64,000 bases of DNA from Thermoanaerobaculia bacterium (GTDB lineage Bacteria; Acidobacteriota; Thermoanaerobaculia; UBA5066): contig JAXLQV010000001.1 of the NCBI GenBank assembly GCA_046331465.1, positions 2,070,472 through 2,134,471 on the forward strand, written 5' to 3'. The translations under genes were made by a program, and so were the position numbers. The notes beneath the pieces are model-generated. The model was not told the DNA's origin and did not search any database. It saw nothing but the letters and a program-made list of their open reading frames with translations. Positions within the stretch are counted from its first letter, which is position 1; each line of letters begins with the position of its first letter. Of the stretch, positions 42,692 to 51,787 are shown piece after piece.

Positions 42692-43455
42692 CGGTTTCGG
42701 AGATCCTCGAGGAGAGGATCCGGCGCCCCGACGCCCCGCACGGCCTCGCCACGGCGCTGTCCCTGGCGGCCCACGCCGCCTTCGTCGTCTTCCTCGTCCT
42801 GATCTCCCAGCCGCGGAAGCTGACGACCCCGCCCCTCATGTCGCTCCCGGTCCGCGTCATCTCGCCGGGCGCCCTCGCGCGGCTCTCGGCGCCGCCAGCC
42901 CCGGCCGCCGCCCCCGAGGAAGCCCCGCGGCGCCCGGTGATCGAGAAGGTCCGGAAGGAGGAGGCGCCCCCCGTCCCGTCGAAGGAGGCGCTCCCCCTCC
43001 CCGACAAGGGAAAGAAGCCGAAGGAGACGAAGCCGGCTCCCGCTCCCCGCGCCGCCGTTCCCTCCCCGAACCGCTCGGCAGGGACCGGCGCGGCCGTGGA
43101 GCTCCCCTCCGCGGGGGCTTCCATCGGAGGCGACGGCAGCCCCGGCATCTCGAACTTCGGGGCTTCGGTGTCGGGGTTCGACGCCGACTTCCCCTTCGCG
43201 TACTACGCCGAGCAGATCCAGGCCCTGATCGGCGCGAACTGGCTGAAGCCGGAGGTCCCGGAGGGCACGGCCTGCGTCGTCACGTTCCGGATCCAGCGCT
43301 CCGGGCAGGTCACCGACGTGAAGGTCGAGACCCCCTCGGGCTTCGGCTTCTACGACAGGGCCGCCTCGCGCTCGATCTACGCCGCTAACCCGCTCCCGCC
43401 CCTTCCGCCGGAGTTCCGGGGAGAGGAGCTGGGGGTTCACATCCGCTTCCAGTGA
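42688..43455 (+). CDS. tolA: TolA-like energy transducer with TonB-type C-terminal domain
   Basis: 255 aa from GTG 42688 (GTGA overlap with the tolR stop). Single N-terminal TM segment, Pro/Ala/Lys-rich linker, and a TonB_C-like end (VTFRIQRSGQVTDVKVETPSG...DRAA..I....PLPPLP). Confidence 0.7.
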   Translation: MTVSEILEERIRRPDAPHGLATALSLAAHAAFVVFLVLISQPRKLTTPPLMSLPVRVISPGALARLSAPPAPAAAPEEAPRRPVIEKVRKEEAPPVPSKEALPLPDKGKKPKETKPAPAPRAAVPSPNRSAGTGAAVELPSAGASIGGDGSPGISNFGASVSGFDADFPFAYYAEQIQALIGANWLKPEVPEGTACVVTFRIQRSGQVTDVKVETPSGFGFYDRAASRSIYAANPLPPLPPEFRGEELGVHIRFQ

Positions 43456-43474
43456 AGCGCCGACGGAGGACCCC

Positions 43475-44815
43475 GTGAAGCGTCCCGCTCTCCTCCTGAC
43501 GGGCCTCGTGCTCGTCGCCGCGCTCGCCCCGGTTGCCGGGCAGCCGCCCGTCCCGACCGTGGCGCCGCCGGCCCAGCCGACCGACATCTCGCTCGTCCTC
43601 TCGCAGGAAGGGAGCCGCCGGATCGCCCTCGCCGTCCCCGCCGCGACGACGCAGGCGTCGACGATCCAGCCCGACGTCTCCGCGGCGTTCGACGGGGCGC
43701 TCTCGGGCGACCTCGGCATCTCCCCCTGGTTCGTCCTCGCGGACCGCGCCCTCCACCCGAAGGGGTTCCGCCCGCCGGCGACGCGCGAGGAAGGGGACGC
43801 CTGGATCGCCTCGGGAGCCCAGTTCCTCCTCGACACGCAGATCGTGACGGAGGGGACGAACCTCGTCGTCTCCGCCCAGCTCCTCGACCTCCGGACCCTC
43901 CGGCCGATCCTCTCGCGGAAGTACACGACGGCGGGCGCCTCGATCCGCCGCGTCGCGCACGTCATCGCGAACGACGTCGTCCGTCAGTTCACCGGGAGGC
44001 CGGGCCCCTTCCTGACCCGGATCATCTTCAGCTCCGACCGCGACGGGGGCCGCGGCAAGGAGCTCTACGTCATGGACTACGACGGCGAGAACCAGCGCCG
44101 GATCACCTCGCACAAGTCGCTCTCGATCGCCCCCGACTGGTCGTACGACGGCGACAAGGTCGCCTACCAGTCGTTCGTCAGCACGCCCCCGGGGATCTAC
44201 TGGTTCTCCCTGGCGACCGGGACGCGGAACCGGATCCCCGTCACGACCGAGCTGAACTCGGCCCCGTCGTTCTCGCCCGACGGCAAGACCGTCGCCTACG
44301 CCGGGAGCGTCCGGGGGAACCCCGAGATCTTCGTCGTGGGTCTCGACGGCTCGAACCCGAGGCGCCTCACGAACTCCACCGCCATCGACTCCAGCCCCCG
44401 CTTCGCCCCGAACGGCCGCGAGATCGCCTTCACCTCGAACCGCCAGGGGACGCCGCAGATCTACCTGATGGACCTCGAGGGAGCGAACGTGAGGAAGCTG
44501 ACGCTCACGGGGAACTGGAGCGACGAGGCCGCCTTCTCGCCGGACGGCGGAAGGCTCGCCTACGCCTGCCGGAACGAGGGCGACTTCCAGATCTGCATCC
44601 TCGACCTCGCCACCGGCCGGACGGTCCAGATCTCGAGCGGCCCCGGGACGAACGAGAACCCCGCCTGGTCGCCGGACGGCAGCCGGATCGCGTGGGAGCT
44701 GCAGCGCGGGAGCTCCACCCAGATCGTCTCGGCCGGCATCGACGGATCGGCCTTCAAGGTCCTCACCTCGGTCGGGAACAACGGCTACCCCGTGTGGCAG
44801 CGGACCACGGAGTAG
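43475..44815 (+). CDS. tolB: Tol-Pal system beta-propeller protein TolB
   Basis: 446 aa. Signal peptide, TolB N-terminal domain, and repeated PD40 units (APDWSYDGDKVAY, PSFSPDGKTVAY, PRFAPNGREIAF, AAFSPDGGRLAY, PAWSPDGSRIAW). Confidence 0.92.
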   Translation: MKRPALLLTGLVLVAALAPVAGQPPVPTVAPPAQPTDISLVLSQEGSRRIALAVPAATTQASTIQPDVSAAFDGALSGDLGISPWFVLADRALHPKGFRPPATREEGDAWIASGAQFLLDTQIVTEGTNLVVSAQLLDLRTLRPILSRKYTTAGASIRRVAHVIANDVVRQFTGRPGPFLTRIIFSSDRDGGRGKELYVMDYDGENQRRITSHKSLSIAPDWSYDGDKVAYQSFVSTPPGIYWFSLATGTRNRIPVTTELNSAPSFSPDGKTVAYAGSVRGNPEIFVVGLDGSNPRRLTNSTAIDSSPRFAPNGREIAFTSNRQGTPQIYLMDLEGANVRKLTLTGNWSDEAAFSPDGGRLAYACRNEGDFQICILDLATGRTVQISSGPGTNENPAWSPDGSRIAWELQRGSSTQIVSAGIDGSAFKVLTSVGNNGYPVWQRTTE

Positions 44816-44832
44816 CCGGAGGCCGCGACGGG

Positions 44833-44861
44833 TTGTCCCACGGGGTCTCGTCCCGTAGAAT
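44833..44861 (+). promoter_or_regulatory. internal sigma70-like promoter upstream of pal (TTGTCC-17-TAGAAT)
   Basis: Read in the AT-richer 102-bp tolB-pal gap. Followed by a ~50-nt leader and GGAGG 9 nt before ATG 44918. Confidence 0.5.
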
Positions 44862-44917
44862 CGATCCGGAAAAAGAAGAGGTAAGTCGACCCCTTCAGAT
44901 CTCGGAGGTTGATTGAA

Positions 44918-45478
44918 ATGACGAAGCCGTTCCGGTCCCTGGGTCTTCTCCTCGCCGTTGGCCTGCTCGCGACCGCGGGTTGCTGCACGAAGAAGCCCGC
45001 TCCCGCCCCGGCACCGGAGGTCCAGGCGGCCGCCCCGACCCCGGCCCCCGTCCCCGTGCCGACCGAGGCGCCGATCGCCGTTCCGGTCGCCGAGCCGGTC
45101 GCCGAGACGCTCCCGGCCGATCTCGCGGAGCTGAACCGGAAGGGGTACCTGAAGGACGTCTTCTTCGACTACGACCAGTACGACGTCCGCGCCGACCAGC
45201 GCGACGCGATGGCCGCGAACGCCGAGTGGCTGAAGAAGTGGCCGACCGTGAAGATCCAGATCGAGGGCCACTGCGACGAGCGCGGCTCGAACAAGTACAA
45301 CATGGCCCTGGGCGACAAGCGCGCCAACGCGGCGAAGGACTACCTCGTGTCTCTCGGGATCGACGCGAGCCGCGTCTCGACGATCTCCTACGGTGAGGAG
45401 CGGCCCTTCGTCGAGGGCCACGACGAGGCCGCCTGGGCGCAGAACCGGCGCGGGCACTTCCTCGTCACCGCCAAGTGA
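44918..45478 (+). CDS. pal: peptidoglycan-associated lipoprotein Pal (OmpA family)
   Basis: 186 aa from ATG 44918. Lipobox LLATAGC, Pro/Ala linker, and an OmpA_C-like domain (VFFDYDQYDV, EGHCDERGSNKYNMALGDKRA, YGEERP). Confidence 0.9.
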   Translation: MTKPFRSLGLLLAVGLLATAGCCTKKPAPAPAPEVQAAAPTPAPVPVPTEAPIAVPVAEPVAETLPADLAELNRKGYLKDVFFDYDQYDVRADQRDAMAANAEWLKKWPTVKIQIEGHCDERGSNKYNMALGDKRANAAKDYLVSLGIDASRVSTISYGEERPFVEGHDEAAWAQNRRGHFLVTAK

Positions 45479-46386
45479 CCTTTCGCAACTTCGAAACGAC
45501 CCGTCGGAGCGCCCCCCTCTGGGGGGCGCTCCTCTTCGTCGTCCCCGCGCTGACCGGCTGCGTCACGGGCACCGACATCGAGGGGCTCCACAAGCACGTC
45601 GGCGAGGTCGAGAAGAGCGTCGAGCAGGTCGCCAGGCAGACGAGCTCGAAGGAAGAGGTCGACAAGCTCAACCAGAACCTCACGAAGCAGGTCTCCACGA
45701 TCCTCCGCTCCAACGCGGACATGGGGACCCGCTTCGACGAGCTGACGCGCGAGCTCCAGATGCTGGCGGGCAAGCTCGAGGACGCGAACCGGCGCCTCGC
45801 CCAGCTCTCCCAGCAGATCGCCGAGGCGCAGGCCCGGATGGACGGCAGCGCCGCGGCCCGCCCGGCCGTGCCGCCCGCCTCCCCCGGCGCGGGCCTCTCC
45901 CCGGCGGCCTCGCCCGGACCGGCTGGCGCCGCTCCTCCCGCTCCGGTCCCCGTCGTGCCCGTCCCTTCCGCGGCGGCCGGCAAGCCGGCCTCGGGGCGCG
46001 CCGCTCCGGCCGACCTCTACAACGCGGCGCTCGGCGACTACCAGAAGGGCCGGTTCGACCTCGCCCGGCAGGGCTTCGAGGAGTACGTCGAGACCTACCC
46101 GAAGACGGACCTCTCGGACGACGCCCTTTTCTGGGCCGCCGAGTGCTGGTCGGCCCAGAAGAAGCCGAAGGACGCGCTCGACACGCTCGACCGCCTCCTC
46201 AAGACCTACCCGCAGACCGACAAGGCCGCCTCGGCCCACCTCCGGATGGGCCTCGCGCACCTCGAGCTCGGCGAGAAGGCGCAGGCGATCGTCCAGCTCC
46301 AGTTCGTCGTCCACGAGTACCCCGACTCGGACGAAGCGAAGAGCGCCAAGCAGCGCCTCCGCGCGCTCGGCTCCGATTCCCGCTGA
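45475..46386 (+). CDS. cpoB: Tol-Pal system protein CpoB/YbgF (coiled coil + TPR)
   Basis: 303 aa. GTGA overlap with the pal stop. N-terminal coiled coil, Pro/Ala linker, and C-terminal YNAALGDYQKGRFDLARQGFEEYVETYPKTDLSDDALFW TPR repeats. Confidence 0.8.
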   Translation: MTFRNFETTRRSAPLWGALLFVVPALTGCVTGTDIEGLHKHVGEVEKSVEQVARQTSSKEEVDKLNQNLTKQVSTILRSNADMGTRFDELTRELQMLAGKLEDANRRLAQLSQQIAEAQARMDGSAAARPAVPPASPGAGLSPAASPGPAGAAPPAPVPVVPVPSAAAGKPASGRAAPADLYNAALGDYQKGRFDLARQGFEEYVETYPKTDLSDDALFWAAECWSAQKKPKDALDTLDRLLKTYPQTDKAASAHLRMGLAHLELGEKAQAIVQLQFVVHEYPDSDEAKSAKQRLRALGSDSR

Positions 46387-46452
46387 TCCCACCCACATCC
46401 TCCGCCCCGCGGGCGGGGGGAACGAACCCGAGACCGGACCCGAAAGGAAACG

Positions 46453-46716
46453 ATGGCCAACACGAAGCAGGCGAAGAAGCGTGCCGTCCAGAACGAGAAG
46501 CAGAAGGCGCGGAACCGCGCGGTGAAGAGCGAGACCCGCCGCGTGGTCAAGGCGACGCGCGCCGCGGAGCCCGCCAAGTCGAAGGAGATGCTGCCGAAGG
46601 CCGCCTCCGCGCTCGACGTCGCGGCCCGCAAGGGGACGATCCACAAGAACAAGGCCGCGCGCCTGAAGTCCCGGCTCGCGAAGGGCGCCGCCAGGAAGAC
46701 CGCCAAGGCGGACTGA
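46453..46716 (+). CDS. rpsT: 30S ribosomal protein S20
   Basis: 87 aa. MANTKQAKKRAVQNEKQKARNRAVKS ... KGTIHKNKAARLKSRL. Confidence 0.93.
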   Translation: MANTKQAKKRAVQNEKQKARNRAVKSETRRVVKATRAAEPAKSKEMLPKAASALDVAARKGTIHKNKAARLKSRLAKGAARKTAKAD

Positions 46717-46759
46717 CCCCCCGCGCGCGGCGCGCGGTATCGGGGCCGGGACGGACGGC

Positions 46760-46784
46760 GACGGGACCCGGGCGGGTCCCCGTC
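46760..46784. terminator. GC hairpin in the convergent rpsT / lptE gap (bidirectional terminator candidate)
   Basis: gacgggaccc-gggc-gggtccccgtc (10 bp with one bulge). Confidence 0.45.
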
Positions 46785-46861
46785 TCGTCGACCCGGCCCT
46801 TCGTGTCTCTCCGGGGGGGCTTGCCTTCGGGCGCTCCCCCGGCCCCCCCTCCCTGGCTGGG

Positions 46862-47380
46862 TTAGAACCCCTCCAGGATCGTCGTGACGAGGCTCCGCGC
46901 GAAGGGACGCGCGAGCACCTCGATCGCCGCGTTCTCGATGTCGACGTAGTTCGCGCTCGTGGCGGCCACGGGGTAGGGCTGGCGGAACATGAAGGACGGG
47001 TTCTCGAAGAGGGTCTTCTCGGTCTTCCGGTCCGTCAGCTTCACCCGGGCCACGACGCTGATCTCGTACTGCAGGGCGCGGCCCTGGTCGTCGAACCTCA
47101 CCGGGACGAGCTGGTAGGAGAGGATCCGACCGCCGAGCTCGACGTCCGCCTTCGCGCGGTCGGACACGGGGGTCAGCCCTGCGCGCCCGGCGAGCTCGCG
47201 GAGGACGGCGTCCGTCAGGCGCTGCTCGAGGCCCACCTTCGGCGTGTCGTTCACGAACGACTCGACGTAGATGGTGCTCGTCCCCTCGGGGAGGATCCCC
47301 CTCCCCGTCCCGACGAGCGCGTAGCCGCAGCCGGCGAGACCGGCCGCGAGGAGCGCCGCGAGCGCCGCCCTGCGCCTCAC
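46862..47380 (-). CDS. lptE: LPS-assembly lipoprotein LptE-like
   Basis: 172 aa from GTG 47380 (GTGA overlap with the leuS stop). Lipobox [10 protein letters not shown]. Conserved leuS-lptE synteny. Sequence similarity itself is only modest. Confidence 0.7.
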   Translation of the reverse strand: MRRRAALAALLAAGLAGCGYALVGTGRGILPEGTSTIYVESFVNDTPKVGLEQRLTDAVLRELAGRAGLTPVSDRAKADVELGGRILSYQLVPVRFDDQGRALQYEISVVARVKLTDRKTEKTLFENPSFMFRQPYPVAATSANYVDIENAAIEVLARPFARSLVTTILEGF

Positions 47381-49848
47381 TTCACCACGACGTTTAGGAG
47401 CCGGTCGGGGACGAAGACGACCTTGACCCGCTCCTTCCCCTCCAGCCACTTCGCGACGCCGTCCTGGGCCTCGGCCGCGGCGAGCGCGTCCTCGCGCGAC
47501 GCCCCGCGCGGCAGGACGACCTGCCCGCGCAGCTTGCCGCTCACCTGGACGGCGACCGTCACCGACTCCTCGACGGCGAGGGCCGGGTCGAACTTCGGCC
47601 AGCCGGAGACGAGGAGGCTCCTCGTCTCCCCCATCTGCTCGTGCCACTCCTCGGTGAGGTGCGGCGCGATCGGGTGGAGGAGCGCCAGGAGCGTCAGGAC
47701 CGAGGCGCGCGTCTCGCCCGGGTCGGCCTTCGCATCGCCGACGAGCCCCGCGACGTGGTGCGAGAACTCCATCAGGTGAGCGACGGCGGTGTGGAACGAG
47801 AACGTCTCGAAGTCGTGCGTCACGGCCTTCACGGCGATGTGGCGCTTCCGGGCCGCGGGCGAGTCGGGCACCGCCGGGGCGAGCGGCGCCGGGCCGTGCG
47901 CCTTAAGGTGGTTCTCGACGAGCGCCTTCACCCGGTACAGGAAACGCTCGGGGCCGGCGATCTGGTCGTCGCTCCACTCGGCGTCCGACTCGGGCGGCCC
48001 GAGGAAGAGGACGTAGGCGCGGACGGCGTCGGCCCCCTTCGCCGCGATGAGCGGGTCGAGCGAGACGGCGTTCCCGCGGGACTTCGACATCTTCTCGACG
48101 CGCCCGCCGGGCGACATCCTCGTGATCATCCCCTGGTTGAAGAGGGCCGAGAACGGCTCCTCGAAGGAGACGAGGCCGAGGTCCTTCATCACCCGCGCGA
48201 AGAACCGCGCGTAGAGGAGGTGGAGGATCGCGTGCTCGATCCCGCCGATGTACTGGTTCACCGGCGCCCAGCGCGCGACGACCGCCGGGTCGAACGGGGC
48301 GCGGTCGTTCGCCGGGTCGAGGTACCGGAGGTAGTACCAGGACGAGTCGACGAACGTGTCCATCGTGTCGGTCTCGCGGCGCGCGGGGCCGCCGCACCTC
48401 GGGCACGGCGTGCTCAGGAACGCCTCGACCTTCTCGAGCGGGTTTCCCCCCTTGCCGGTGAACGGCGCGTCCTTCGGCAGGACGACCGGGAGCTGGTCGT
48501 CGGGGACGGGCACCCAGCCGCAGGCCGGGCACTTGACCATCGGGATCGGGGTCCCCCAGTAGCGCTGGCGCGAGATGAGCCAGTCGCGGAGGCGGTAGCG
48601 GACGCGGGCCCCGCCGATCTCCCGCTTCGTCGCCTCGGCGGCGATGGCCTCGCGGCCGGCCTCGGAGGCCATCCCGTCGTAGGGGCCCGAGGCGGTCATC
48701 GTCCCGTCGCCCGTCCAGCAGGCGATCGAGGCGTCGGCCCCCTCGGGGCGCCGGATCACCTCGCGGATCGGGATCCCGTACTTCACCGCGAACTCGTGGT
48801 CGCGCTCGTCGTGCGCCGGGACGGCCATGATGGCCCCCGTGCCGTACTCGGCGAGGACGAAGTTCGCCATCCAGACCGGCATCTCCTCGCCCGTGAACGG
48901 GTTGATCGCGTACGCGCCGGTGAAGCGGCCGTCCTTCTCCGCGCCCTCGGACTCGCGCTGCACGCGGTCCTGGCCCCGGATCGTCTTCACCCAGGCCTCG
49001 AGCGCGGCCTTCTCGGGGTGGCCCTCGAGGAGGCGCGGCACGGCGGGGTGCTCGGGGGCGAGGATCATCGCCGTCGCGCCGAAGACGGTGTCGGGGCGCG
49101 TCGTGAAGACCCTGAGCTTCTCGCCGAGCTTCGGCACCTCGAAGTCGAGGTCGGCGCCGACCGAGCGGCCGATCCAGTTCCGCTGCATCGTCCGGACCTT
49201 CTCGGACCACTTCCCGAGCTGGTCGAGGCCGGCGAGGAGGCTGTCGGCGTACTCCGTGATCTTCAGGAACCACTGCTCCAGCTCGCGCTGCTCGACGGCG
49301 CTCTTGCAGCGCTCGCAGGTGCCCCCCTCGGCCTGCTCGTTCGCCAGGACCGTCTGGCAGGAGGGGCACCAGTTGACGGTCCCCTTCTTCCGGTAGGCGA
49401 GCCCCTTCTCGAGCATCCGGAGGAAGAACCACTGGTTCCATCGGTAGTACTCCGGCTCGCAGGTCGTGACTTCCTTCGTCCAGTCGTAGAGGACGCCCCA
49501 CCCCGCGAACTGCTCCTTCATCGCGGCGATGTTCGCGAGCGTCGACTCCCGCGGCGGGATGCCCCTCTGGATCGCGAAGTTCTCCGCGGGGAGGCCGAAG
49601 GCGTCCCACCCCATCGGGCAGAAGACCTTCTCCCCCTTCTGCTTCAGGTACCGGTGGAGCGCGTCGGTCAGGAAGTAGGTCCGCGCGTGCCCGACGTGGA
49701 GGCGGTCCCCCGACGGGTACGGGAGCATGACGAGGAGGTAGGTCCCCTTCGCCGACGGGTCGTGCGTGTCGACGAAGGCGGCCCGGTCGGCGTCCCAGCG
49801 GGCCTGCCACTTCTTCTCGAGAGCGGTACGTTCTTCGCGTGCGTCCAT
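47377..49848 (-). CDS. leuS: leucine--tRNA ligase
   Basis: 823 aa from ATG 49848 (residue 8 of the track ORF; the upstream TTG lies 5' of the putative -10). [24 protein letters not shown] (HIGH), KMSKSRGN. Confidence 0.95.
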   Translation of the reverse strand: MDAREERTALEKKWQARWDADRAAFVDTHDPSAKGTYLLVMLPYPSGDRLHVGHARTYFLTDALHRYLKQKGEKVFCPMGWDAFGLPAENFAIQRGIPPRESTLANIAAMKEQFAGWGVLYDWTKEVTTCEPEYYRWNQWFFLRMLEKGLAYRKKGTVNWCPSCQTVLANEQAEGGTCERCKSAVEQRELEQWFLKITEYADSLLAGLDQLGKWSEKVRTMQRNWIGRSVGADLDFEVPKLGEKLRVFTTRPDTVFGATAMILAPEHPAVPRLLEGHPEKAALEAWVKTIRGQDRVQRESEGAEKDGRFTGAYAINPFTGEEMPVWMANFVLAEYGTGAIMAVPAHDERDHEFAVKYGIPIREVIRRPEGADASIACWTGDGTMTASGPYDGMASEAGREAIAAEATKREIGGARVRYRLRDWLISRQRYWGTPIPMVKCPACGWVPVPDDQLPVVLPKDAPFTGKGGNPLEKVEAFLSTPCPRCGGPARRETDTMDTFVDSSWYYLRYLDPANDRAPFDPAVVARWAPVNQYIGGIEHAILHLLYARFFARVMKDLGLVSFEEPFSALFNQGMITRMSPGGRVEKMSKSRGNAVSLDPLIAAKGADAVRAYVLFLGPPESDAEWSDDQIAGPERFLYRVKALVENHLKAHGPAPLAPAVPDSPAARKRHIAVKAVTHDFETFSFHTAVAHLMEFSHHVAGLVGDAKADPGETRASVLTLLALLHPIAPHLTEEWHEQMGETRSLLVSGWPKFDPALAVEESVTVAVQVSGKLRGQVVLPRGASREDALAAAEAQDGVAKWLEGKERVKVVFVPDRLLNVVVK

Positions 49849-49859
49849 AAAGGACGCCG

Positions 49860-49865
49860 AGTGTA
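49860..49865 (-). promoter_or_regulatory. -10-like box TACACT, 11 nt upstream of the leuS ATG
   Basis: Minus strand reads TACACT-CGGCGTCCTTT-ATG. Confidence 0.3.
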
Positions 49866-49890
49866 GCAATCGCGGCGGGACGGCGCGGGG

Positions 49891-49906
49891 CCGGGCCTAC
49901 GCCCGG
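49891..49906 (-). terminator. short GC hairpin spanning the cheB stop codon
   Basis: ccgggc-ctac-gcccgg (6-bp stem). The loop contains stop TAG 49897..49899. Confidence 0.35.
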
Positions 49907-50958
49907 GCCGCGTCGGCGAGGCGCTTGCCGATCTCTCCCGGCATCAGGGACAGCGGGACCCGTCCCGCCCCGGGGACGGCGCGGGCGGCGGCGTCGGGCA
50001 TCCCGGCGATCACGGCCGTCTCGCGCGACTCGCAGAGGACCGTCCCGCCCGCGGCCGCGATCGCCCGGCACCCCTCGGCCCCGTCGTCCCCCATGCCGGT
50101 CAGGACGACGCCGACGAGGCGCGGGCCGAAGGCCGACGCCGCCGAGGCGAAGAGGAGGTCGGCCGAGGGGCACCAGCGGGAGCGCGGCGCGTGGGAGGCG
50201 ACGTTCAGGAGGAGCCGCCCTTCCAGCCGGACGAACTCGAGGTGCGCCCCCCCCGGCGCGATCCAGACGACGCCGGGAGAAGCCTCCGCCCCGCTCGCGG
50301 CCTCGCGCACGTCCCACGACGTTCCGGAGGCGAGGCGCTGGGCGAGCGAGCGGGTGAACGGCGGCGGCATGTGCTGGGCGACCCCGACGACCGCGTTCTG
50401 GGGCGGCAGGCCGAGGAAGAGCTCGCGGAGCGCGGGCGGCCCGCCGGTCGAGGCCGCCACGACGAGACCCGGGGGTTCGCCGGGGAGCGCGACGACCCGC
50501 GCGGCGCGCGGGACCGCGCCGCTCGGAGGCGGCCCGGCGGCCCGCTCCGTCGACCGCCTCACGAGGCTCTCCATCGAGAGGAGCCGCGCTCCCTCGACGA
50601 CCTCCGCGAGGCGCTTCCTCCAGCGGGCGAGGCTCTCGGGGTGCGCTCCCGCCTTGCCGAGGACCTCGAGGGCGCCGGCCTCGAGCGCCATCAGGGCGCT
50701 CCGCTCGTCCTGGTCGGCCGAGATGACGACGACCGGCAGGGGCCGGTTCGCCATGATCCAGCGCAGGACCGCCTGCCCGTTCATCCCCGGCAGGCCGAGG
50801 TCGAGCGTCACGAGGCCGAACGCGTGCGTGAGGAGGCGCCGGATCGCCTCCTCCCCCGTCCCGACCGCCTCGACGTCGGAGACCGCGGGCGTGGCGCGGA
50901 GCGCCTCGACGATCCTCAGCCGCTGGTAGGCCGAGTCCTCGACGACCAGGACCCGCAC
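49897..50958 (-). CDS. cheB: chemotaxis response regulator protein-glutamate methylesterase
   Basis: 353 aa. REC domain (VLVVEDS ... LDLGLPGMNG). Methylesterase motifs ASTGGPPAL, QHMPPPFT, LTGMGDDGAEG. Confidence 0.9.
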   Translation of the reverse strand: MRVLVVEDSAYQRLRIVEALRATPAVSDVEAVGTGEEAIRRLLTHAFGLVTLDLGLPGMNGQAVLRWIMANRPLPVVVISADQDERSALMALEAGALEVLGKAGAHPESLARWRKRLAEVVEGARLLSMESLVRRSTERAAGPPPSGAVPRAARVVALPGEPPGLVVAASTGGPPALRELFLGLPPQNAVVGVAQHMPPPFTRSLAQRLASGTSWDVREAASGAEASPGVVWIAPGGAHLEFVRLEGRLLLNVASHAPRSRWCPSADLLFASAASAFGPRLVGVVLTGMGDDGAEGCRAIAAAGGTVLCESRETAVIAGMPDAAARAVPGAGRVPLSLMPGEIGKRLADAARA

Positions 50959-50962
50959 CCGC

Positions 50963-51787
50963 CTACCTCCGGTACGCCACGTCGTTCGACAGGCGGACGA
51001 GAGTCAGGGACGAGGAAGCGGCGGCGAGCGCGTCGCTCGCGCCCAGCAGGATGTAACCGCCGGGCTTCAGGCGCGACGCGAGGATCTCGACGACGCGGGA
51101 ACGGGCGTCCTCCCCGAGATAGATCAGGACGTTCCGGCAGAGGATGACGTCGTAGGTCGCCCCGCCGGCCGGCTCGTCGAGGAGGTTCCGGGCCTCGAAG
51201 AGGACGGTCGTGGCGAGCTCGGGCTTCAGGCGGAAGAGGCCTCCGGCCGCGGCCTCGAAGTGCTCGCGTCGACGCTCGGGCGACGTGGCTCGAAGCGCCT
51301 GCGGCCCGTAGACGGCGGCGCGCGCCCGGCGCACGTGCGCCGGAGAGAGGTCCGTGCCGAGGATCCTCACCCGCCGGCCGGGGAGGATCCCTCTCTCGTG
51401 GAGGACGATCGAGAGGCTGTACGCCTCCTCTCCCGTCGCGCAGCCCGCGGACCAGACGTCGAGAACGCCCTCCTGCCCCCCGGCGAGGAGCCGTTCCGGG
51501 GCGATCTCCTCCGAGAACGCGCGGAGGCTCGCCGGGTCGCGGAAGAAATAGGTCTCGCCGTTCACGGCGGCGTCGAGCAGCCGGCCGAAGAGCGGCGAGT
51601 CGGCCGGCTCGTTCCGGAGCCGCCCGTAGAGCTGGTAGAAGGAGCCCGCGCTGCGCGCCTCGGCGGCCAGGCGGCTCTCGAGCCGCACCCGCTGGGCGTC
51701 GGCGAGGAGGAAGCCGGTCCTCCGGCAGAGGAGCTCCTGGTAGAGGCGGAACACCGTCTCGGCCAGCTCGAGCGGGCGGGTCGTCAC
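50963..51787 (-). CDS. cheR: chemotaxis protein methyltransferase
   Basis: Last 274 aa of track ORF 50963..53263, from GTG 51787 (GTGA overlap). ETYFFRD, VWSAGCATGEEAYSL, ILCRNVLIY. Confidence 0.9.
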   Translation of the reverse strand: MTTRPLELAETVFRLYQELLCRRTGFLLADAQRVRLESRLAAEARSAGSFYQLYGRLRNEPADSPLFGRLLDAAVNGETYFFRDPASLRAFSEEIAPERLLAGGQEGVLDVWSAGCATGEEAYSLSIVLHERGILPGRRVRILGTDLSPAHVRRARAAVYGPQALRATSPERRREHFEAAAGGLFRLKPELATTVLFEARNLLDEPAGGATYDVILCRNVLIYLGEDARSRVVEILASRLKPGGYILLGASDALAAASSSLTLVRLSNDVAYRR

